Translations under genes and position numbers: made by a program | Shown: positions 46,631 to 54,553 of the stretch, piece by piece | How positions within the stretch are numbered: the stretch's first letter is position 1 | How the letters are laid out: each line of letters starts with the position of its first letter | The notes under the pieces: model-generated | Databases searched by the model: none | Told to the model about the DNA's origin: nothing | Seen by the model: the letters and a program-made list of their open reading frames with translations, nothing else | Assembly (NCBI GenBank): GCA_010015805.1 | Contig: ML978133.1 | Coordinates: forward strand, 806,001 to 860,553 | From: Rhizodiscina lignyota | Lineage: Eukaryota | Direction of reading: 5' to 3' | DNA: 54,553 nucleotides

Positions 46631-49184
46631 TCATCTGTACTGCGAGCCTGCAGCGAAGATGCCGCCCAAGGCTGCCGCGGCCCAGTCGTTCTCCTCATAT
46701 GGCGGTGTCGGCCACTGAGGAGCGAAGCCGTTCGCATTGTCCCGCGGTTTGGCAATGTCGAGCGGTTTCGTCTGACTCTGCAATATGCCCTGTCCGAAGC
46801 CAACATTATTTCTGTTTGCAGACGGAGACGGCGTGAGGTACGAGGCGGCTGGCGTCGGGTCCGTTATCGCCTGGTGCATTGGAGGCCTTTGTGTACCTTG
46901 GTTGTACGAGTAATTGTTATGCTGCGCGGCGTGCCGGTCAATGTTGTTGACAGCGCGATGCACGGACGCAAGAGCCTCATCAAGCAACTCCTCCTCTTCA
47001 TCGGGAGTCTCGTATCGCTGGCTGCCATGCGATTTCTGCTGTACTGCACGACGCGTACGACTTGATATCGGTCCGTTGCTGGGTACCATAGGTGTATTCT
47101 CCTGACCAGGAAGGGGCGGATGACTTTTGTTTCGGTTCGAGAGACGCTGGGAGCTCTTGCGGACGGGAATCGTCGCAGTTTGGTGCGGCTGCGCTTCGAG
47201 ACTATATCTGACAGTCTGGAGTGCTTTGTCAAGCTCAGCGAAATCAGACTGGGGAGCTTTGCCATCCATGCCTAGTTGTTCAGCAAGCATGGATTGACGA
47301 TTGCCGTTTGGAACCCAAGGATTGCAGCCAGCATTGGCCTCCAAGTCCTCCTGGTTTGGTGACATTGGTGTTTGGTATCGTCCAGAAAACCTTCTTGCCC
47401 TCTTCCTTAGGTGGGAGAAAAAGCTTTCCTTATGGGCACTGGTCGGCGAAGCCAGTCCAGAGTTCGCGTTAAGAGCGCGCTCCGCCTCTTGTCTGGCAAG
47501 GTCAGGATAATGAGTATGATTACCGTTGGATGCAACGGACAATTGTCGTCCAATCTTCTTAGACTGCTCGTCAGCATGATGCTGTTTTTGTGCTCGTGCT
47601 GTCGACTGAACAGTAACACCATCGGAAACCAGAGGCGATATTGGTCTGATAGAGGGTAAGATGGGGATCGGAGCAGCATTTTGAGGAAGACCATTCGCCC
47701 AAGTCGCACGCTTATTGTTGTTCGGTCGCGGCTTTTGGGCTTGCGTCTGTACCTGTTCTGACGTGTTCGCATGTACAGGTTGCGGTCTCGGTGATGGAGC
47801 GGGAACTGGCGTGTGAGTAGGCAGTGGCTGCGTTGGAACGACGGGAGCGGCACTTTCCCGTGGGACCAAAGACTTCCTAAACCACGAAGATGTCTTCGTT
47901 GTCAGACTCTGGACGCTGTCTGATGGCTCCCTCTGGAGCTCGCTGAGATTCGACTTTTTGCTGCTGAGGAGTCGAGATGAAGAGGTCTTTGGCCGCAGAG
48001 GATCAAAAGCATCTTGGAAGTACTCGTGTTTAAGAGCTTGTGCTGAAGTGGGTCTGTTCTTCGGGTCCCACATCAAACACCAGGTGACAAAATCACTCAG
48101 ACTTGCCGGCCAGTGCGGCGCCTGCAAAATCGAATCCATGGTATGTGGAGCCATCTTGGAGCAGTCAGTGTTTGAGCTCAGCCTTGAAAATTAGAAATGC
48201 ATACCTTTGGGAATGAGAAGCCCAGCTTTTGAGCGAGTCGGACCCCATCCTTCCACTCTCCACCTCCGACTTTTGCTCCATGCTTGTTGACCCAGCTTCC
48301 AGGGCTTCCCATGATTTCGCAAACACGCCAGACTTGATCAACTTCATTTCCGCCCGGGAACAATGGCTTCAATGTCGCAATCTCCACGGCCATCGCACCA
48401 ACGGCCCAGATGTCAACGGGAGCCGAGTACTCACCAGCTCTCAATAAAACCTCTGGAGCCCGGTACCATCTCGTCGAGACGTATGTCGTATATGGAAGCC
48501 TTGAGTGTGTTTCTCGTGCCAAGCCAAAGTCGGCAATCTTAATTGTGTATGCGGGAGGTGTCGATGGCGGTGTGACGAGCGCGGAATATCTCTTGAAGGT
48601 GTTTCCCATATCCTGCGGTGCAGATGTTGAGACCAAGATGTTCTCCGGTTTAATATCACGATGGAAAAAGTGGTGATCGTGAATATGTTCCAGTCCAGAG
48701 ATGATTTGGAAGAGGATGCTCTTCACGCTAGCACAGTCCAGTTGCTTATGATCCCGAGCTTTCATAAGCTGATACAGGTTGCCATCCATGTATTCCATTG
48801 CAATGTGTAGCTTCTTCGAGAAGGGGTCGAGGAAGATGTCGAGAGCTGGTACAAGGTGAGGGTGATTTGGTAGCGTCCGGAGGAAGATGACCTCGCGAAG
48901 CTCGGTACATTGGTGGAAGGATTCAAATGTCTTCTTCATCGTCTTGATGGCAACCTGGACGATCGATTAGCAATTCTTAGCCGCAGCTACATTTCAGTAC
49001 GGCTTACCAGAGTTCCTCGCCTAGCTACATGTGCGCCAGCGCTGCGGACGCGCCCCAGCGCGACACTACCAAAGCTGCCATCACCAATCTCCTTGAGGAC
49101 TTCGAACTTGTCGTCGAGGGCCACGCCACCTGAATTGGAGGTTTGAGGCCAGCCTCTGAAAGACGCGTCGTACGCTACAGTCAT
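46631..49184 (-). CDS. ime2: Ime2/Crk1 (MAK/ICK-type) Ser/Thr protein kinase, 3 exons
   Basis: IGDGSFGSV, VAIK, HRDIKPEN, DFGLARE, PYTTYVSTRWYRAPE (TxY loop), WDPKNRPT, long low-complexity C-terminal tail. Confidence 0.93.
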
Positions 49185-52100
49185 CGTTGCCTGTACTGTT
49201 CGCGGTCGTTGATTCGCAACGGGAGCTCACAGTAGCTGACTGTATGGCGTATTCGTGCGGATTGTTGTTGGAGTTAGATGGCGTCCTACTTTGACATAGC
49301 CGTCGTGGAGTCCAGAGAGGTCGCAAAGGAGGAGAAGGTTGAAGTTCGAGGTGGAAGACCCTGCAGATGCACAAGAGGGGAGAGCTTCGGGGTATACCAC
49401 AGTGATGGAACGACCAAGAGCTGGACAGTGCGCGTCAATGGCGACAGTTTGGGGCGCAAGAAGGAACGTCGAATCGACTCGATTTTGGAGAAGCGTGGTT
49501 CAAAACTAACGAACGGCAGGTGCATAGACCCAGGGGCGTGGATTTGCGGATGGGAAGCCGATGGTAGGTCCCAGCTCTTGCTTCATTCAACAAGAAGAGC
49601 TCCCAGTCCCACACCTCATAGCGCGTCGAGTGGCTTGAGAACGGTAGGTGTCAGGATGGGACGTGCGTGTGAAGCAGTTGCGCTCTTTACAGGAGAATAG
49701 CAGGGGAGATTAATGAGGCGTACCCCCTAGTCGAGCCTGACGCCGTCCACTCTTGAAATTAAATCTCCGAGGATGAGTGAGAAGACACGAGCAATCGATG
49801 TGCCTGGCTTGCAGAGAGGAGCAGAGTGTCGTCCTTTGAGAGATGAGATGGCGAGAGCTTGTTGGCTGCGCATGAATCAATCTCGGGAGCGTTTGAGGCC
49901 TGGGAGCAGCGATGGACATGCAATGTATAAAAAGAGTGGACACGTAAAAACGGGGGTAGATCAATAATAACAAGAGACGGAGCGCGCAGGGCAGGTCGAA
50001 GTGCAATATCCGGACGTGCTCAGTGCGGCTGTCAAACGGGTTACGGGAGCAGCGGGCAGCTCGCGTGAAGCAGGCACCTTACGCTGGCCGGATCGCCGTT
50101 GAGAATACGCGGGATCGGAGGCCGGCGAGCTGATGATTAGGGAGGTCTCTGCTGCTGGAGAGTCGAGCGCAATTTGGGAGGAGGCAGAGCGCGCGATTAT
50201 GCAGAGAGGTCGGAGGCGCGTCGTCGTCAGAGCAGAGAGTATGGGGGCCAGCGTGGTGGAAAGAGCTGGGGGTGCATGAAGGGCGCCCGCAGGAGCTTGG
50301 GGAGTCGCATCAACAGCGAGTCAACAGCGCTCCAAAACGGGCATGGCAGTGGAGGCGAGAGAGGAAGGGGAAGCGTCAGGGAGCGCAGAGGCACGGGGGG
50401 AGGAGGAGAGCGGGCCACAGCGCAGCACTGGGCGGTCCGTTCCTGCAGTGCGTAGCGCAGCTCGAACATCACCACTGCTCGCTTGGGGCCGACGCTGCTG
50501 GCCAGGTATTTCTGGGTATCGTCCGTCGGCGGCCCTTTGCCAGTTCTTGCGTCTGTTCCCGCGCTGCTTTTCGTCGGAGGGGTGCGCGGGCAGAAGGCTC
50601 TTCAGGTCACGGCGCGCGCATCCCACTCTCGCTCTGGCAAAACAACGCACTCGCAGTGGAGGTTCTGGAAAGCGTGGAAGCTTACAACGAGCAGCGCAGG
50701 CCCAAGCAGCGGAGTGAGCGCCACGTAGTCGCTCGTCAGGGGCTCGCTGACACGCCTCGCACGCTTGGCCCAGAGCGCACTGGGCCGCGGGCGCTGGAAG
50801 ATCCCGCTAGGCTCCTAATGGCCCATCACGCTGCCCCTTCCCGCATGCGGCGTAGCGCGGCCGGGGTGGGTATTTTGGGCAGCGCTGGCCCCTATTCCAA
50901 CTTTCCAACTCGCCGGCCGTGATGATTGCAGCGTCGGCCTTTCGCCGCAATTGTTTCGGGTGCGACAGCCTGGCCCATGACATCGGATGGGTCGACTCGC
51001 TCGCTGGAAAACGAGCGCGCCGGCCAGTCATTTTGCCCATCAACACCCCGATACACGGTATTTCGCTGCCTCACGCGTTGACTGGCCATGCCAGCCTGCA
51101 GCATGCTCGCCGGATAGGCTTTGCGGGCCTTGCCATGGCGGCGCGCCGGCCGTTTGGGGCTCGCAGTGTGATGCTGCATGCAGCCTCATGCGGATCTACA
51201 CCCAATGTGCCACCCCGTTTCACATTGCAGCCGGCCCAGATCAACCCACACGCGCGGAGCATCACGCTCGTCGACGCGCTGAGTCGTGCCCATCACCACA
51301 GATATTCAGGCACGCCGCACTCGCGGCAGACCGGCGGCACAGAGACTCTTCTTCCTCTCCTTTCATCACTTGAAGGATCGATTGCGCTCGCGTCTCTATG
51401 ACGGCCGGGCAGTCAGCCTCGATCCCGACGCTCGAGTCCGGGTCCCCAGAGATCCAAAGGCTTGGCTTGCTCGCTCGTGAAGCCGGTTAAAGGCGCGGTA
51501 TGACGCGCTCCCCCAACGCGTCGAACCTGATTTCTCTCATCCGCAGTCAGACCGACACTCAGCAGCACGGGATAACCTGGCTAGGCTCGGAGAATTGAGC
51601 GCCATTTCTTGTTTTCTCTAAAGTCCAGGTGCCGCTCTCCATCACTCTCGACTCTCGCTTGCGCATTTCGCGTCACTCTCGCGTTGACAAAGGAGCAATT
51701 TCTTCTGAAATGACGAATGACAATTCTCGCATTCCACACATTTCTCCCTCAGGGGCCTCGGATCACGTTATTGGCTTTTCCATGTCACTTTTTGAAATTT
51801 TCTATACGATGTTTCAGAGGCCTGTTAGGAGAATTCCCATTAGCCTGGGCTAACGGTCTCCGTGCCGTCGCCCGTACGGCCCGAGCAGCTGTGCAGTGTG
51901 GAGCCCTCGCCTGATCCTCCTGTTCCACAAAGATCTTCTCCATGGACTTCCTCTCTGTTGGAACAGATGCCGATCGGGAGTTCGAGCGCTGTGTAACCGT
52001 GGAGTTGTCTCCCGTCACGGTCCTTTCGTTCAATGATCGCAATATTGCGAAATGTGATCGTTGTGATGGAATCGCTATAGCACAAGCAAATATTGGTGGC

Positions 52101-52691
52101 CCACGACATGTTGCATGACGCACGACCTCCTGCAATCTTCAAGGCCGTCTCGTCACGCTGCTCATGACTCTCACCGCATCTATTACCTATTACCTGCTGT
52201 GCGGAGTACTGCTCACCGCATCTACCTTCCCCGCAGGATTGTCAAGGACTCGAGATAACAAAGCCGTCCGATCGTCCTGCAGCCACGGGCACTATAGGAG
52301 TCCAGCTCAGCATTGCAGCACGCTTGGGTATCTCCCAATGCTTCGACCAGTGGCTCGAGTTCAACGATCTCGATTGCCAGATCATCAATAATGCTCACCC
52401 AGTATTATAGCTTCTTACATTATTAGGTAAGAGATTTGGACATTACCAGAGGGATGTGGCCCGTACATGACAGCTTAGACGTAAACACTGGAGATAGATA
52501 TGGTAAGAGTCATGGTCAACAAAGTAGAGAATGGAACAGCTCATCAGTTTTCATCTAAGCTCACCGTCTTTCTTTTATCCTAGTGTCAGGCCTAAAACTG
52601 AAACCAATAGCACAATCTCAAGTGATTCACTCTCAACAACTCTGCAGTACCTATCAAGACAAGCAATGCACCTATTATGTAAAGAAACATC

Positions 52692-53924
52692 TTACAACAT
52701 CAACGTAGCGAAGAGACCAGCTCCCACCAGCACTATCCCAGAGACAGCGTTCACCACAGCCACACCCTCGAATTGAATCGGAGGAGCTCCCGCCGCCGTT
52801 CCATTGCCATGAGTGGTCCCGTTCCTATTTGACGTGCCATTACCAGTTCCCTGACTGCCAGTGGAATTCCTCCCAGTGCTCCCACTCAGAGAACAATTGC
52901 TGACTCCCAAAGACGAATCCACGCCCACAGTGAACACAGACCCTCCCGTCCCATTCAAGCTCTGCACCAACAAGCCTAACATCCCATTCCTCGCAGCCGT
53001 GTACACGATCTGCGCGAGCCCATTCCCATCCGTCTTCGCCGTCTTGATGACCTTCCCACCACCGCTCAACTCCGCAGACAGCTCCTGCTCCCCGATAGCC
53101 TGCACCGTGAAATTGAGCCTCTCCCCCTTCCGCGCATCATACGTAAACCGACTCTTCCCGCCCTTCCCCAATGTCGCCGCCGTCGCAATCCCCGCGCTCA
53201 GAACCCCATTGCCCGCCCCACCGCTCGACGGGGCCCCGGTCAACCCACTCGCCAGCACCTTCGCCACAAACGCGCGTTGCGCGTCCGCGCTGCCAATCTC
53301 GCTGTACACGCCGCCCGTCGCCAGCACCGCCTTCAGCATGGCGACGAAGTCGGCGTCGGAGTAGTACCCGCTCAGCGCGCCGTCCTCGTTCAGGAAGCCG
53401 AAGCTGACGCGCACGCCCAGCTTCCTCGCGCGCTGCAGCTGCACCGTGATGTCGGGGAAGCTGCTCTGGCCGTCGGTGAGGACGACGACGCCGCTGCGGC
53501 CGCTGGTGCTCCCCGCGCTGCCCTTCGTGATCTCGTCGATGCCCGCTTCCACGCCGGACGCGATGTCCGTGCCGCCGTCGGCGTCGATCTGGTCGAATGC
53601 CTGGTCGACGCTAGGGCTCGCGGGGTCGCCCAAGGGAAACAGCACCGATGCGGAGTAGTCAAACTCCACGACTGTGACTTGGTCGGCGGGCTTGGACGGC
53701 GTGGCTTCCGATTTGGAGATCAGGACATTGTTGAGCGCGCGGGCGGCGGCGATGCGTAAATTGTTTGGGTCCGTGTCGGCGTTTGAGCCCGAGGAGTCGA
53801 CGACGAGGGCGATTTTGCGGCCGCCGGTGCCGCGGTCGATGGCGGGGCAGGAGGATGGTGCAGATGCGGCGAGGGTGGAAGGGAGAGATGTTAGGAAAAT
53901 GGAGAGGAGTGGGAAGAGATGCAT
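52692..53924 (-). CDS. Secreted/GPI-anchored von Willebrand factor A domain protein
   Basis: Signal peptide MHLFPLLSIFL...LAA; MIDAS DSSGS, GGTDI, LTDG; Ser/Thr/Gly/Asn linker and hydrophobic C-terminus. Confidence 0.85.
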   Translation of the reverse strand: MHLFPLLSIFLTSLPSTLAASAPSSCPAIDRGTGGRKIALVVDSSGSNADTDPNNLRIAAARALNNVLISKSEATPSKPADQVTVVEFDYSASVLFPLGDPASPSVDQAFDQIDADGGTDIASGVEAGIDEITKGSAGSTSGRSGVVVLTDGQSSFPDITVQLQRARKLGVRVSFGFLNEDGALSGYYSDADFVAMLKAVLATGGVYSEIGSADAQRAFVAKVLASGLTGAPSSGGAGNGVLSAGIATAATLGKGGKSRFTYDARKGERLNFTVQAIGEQELSAELSGGGKVIKTAKTDGNGLAQIVYTAARNGMLGLLVQSLNGTGGSVFTVGVDSSLGVSNCSLSGSTGRNSTGSQGTGNGTSNRNGTTHGNGTAAGAPPIQFEGVAVVNAVSGIVLVGAGLFATLML

Positions 53925-54553
53925 TTTGGGCGATTGTTTGATAGAACGGTAGAGAAATGAAGCGAGTGGAAAGTAAAGGAAGAGAAAGAGCCGTTCTACC
54001 AAGGAGACCTGAAGTTGGGGAATAGAGTGTTATTTGACCTTATGAACTTCATAACAACAGGGCTATTTTTACAGTCATGAATCTATGGCTGTGCTTCTGG
54101 TGCCTGAGACCTTCGGTCACGTAGGGCTGTCCTTGATCTTGGTTGACACAGAGGTCCCCAGTGAACCGCCAAGTGAACATTTGCTGGTAGAGAGTAGAGG
54201 CTGTTAGCCAATGGTATTGATTATATCGAACGCTGTCAAGGCAGCCGCATCTCTTGGAGGCAGACTCTGTGATGTTGGATGCCAAATGTAGCAACGAGGC
54301 TGCCACATGAAGAAGGCTGCGGGAAGCCGTTCGGCATGGCAATAGGGCTGCAATGTCCTCACAAGTCGGGCCGGTTGGCTTTCAGGAATTGACAGAAGCC
54401 GTCTTGGACGCAGTAAGGTGTTTGATTCGCGATTCGATCCAGGGTTAAGCGAAAGTTGTGGTCTCAGTGGCGAAGCTCACGATGGAAGATGCCGCGAGCT
54501 GAGTTCGTGATACGAAAACTGTTCAGCTAGGGCGCTTGCCTAAAAGGGAGGGG

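Noticed and set aside
45783..47065. Plus-strand ORFs of 115-183 aa
   Set aside because: Antisense to the ime2 CDS and 3' UTR; no coding signature
49278..51480. Arg/Ala/Gly-rich ORFs up to 216 aa
   Set aside because: Expected in GC-rich non-coding DNA; no domains
54049..54553. Possible gene at the right edge
   Set aside because: Short ORF without motifs; too little sequence to judge

Overview
Intron-rich genomic DNA from a filamentous ascomycete (class assignment not certain from sequence alone) with about 25 protein-coding genes. No rRNA, CRISPR or intact transposon was seen. The left ~31 kb holds three adjacent catabolic modules. (1) 1-16.6 kb: a putative aromatic/hydroaromatic-acid cluster (tannase/feruloyl esterase, Dal5-type MFS, FAD_binding_2 flavoprotein, two qa-4-like TIM barrels, two SDRs, an OYE and a Zn2Cys6 TF). 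Its promoters share a CGG-N16-CCG motif, and several enzymes end in PTS1-like tripeptides. (2) 18.1-21.8 kb: a TIM-like/RpiB/DAK trio matching erythritol/tetritol catabolism. (3) 22.1-31.4 kb: a Git1-like permease, separate PhnY-like and PhnZ-like oxygenase genes, a multicopper oxidase and a secreted phospholipase C, i.e. a candidate phosphonate/phospholipid scavenging module. The right part carries an LMW-PTP-like pseudophosphatase, a Leu5 carrier, an O-methyltransferase, an F-box protein, an MFS relic, a secreted solute-binding-fold protein, the Ime2 kinase and a GPI-like vWA protein. Exon boundaries were read by eye, and family calls rest on recognised motifs, not database searches.
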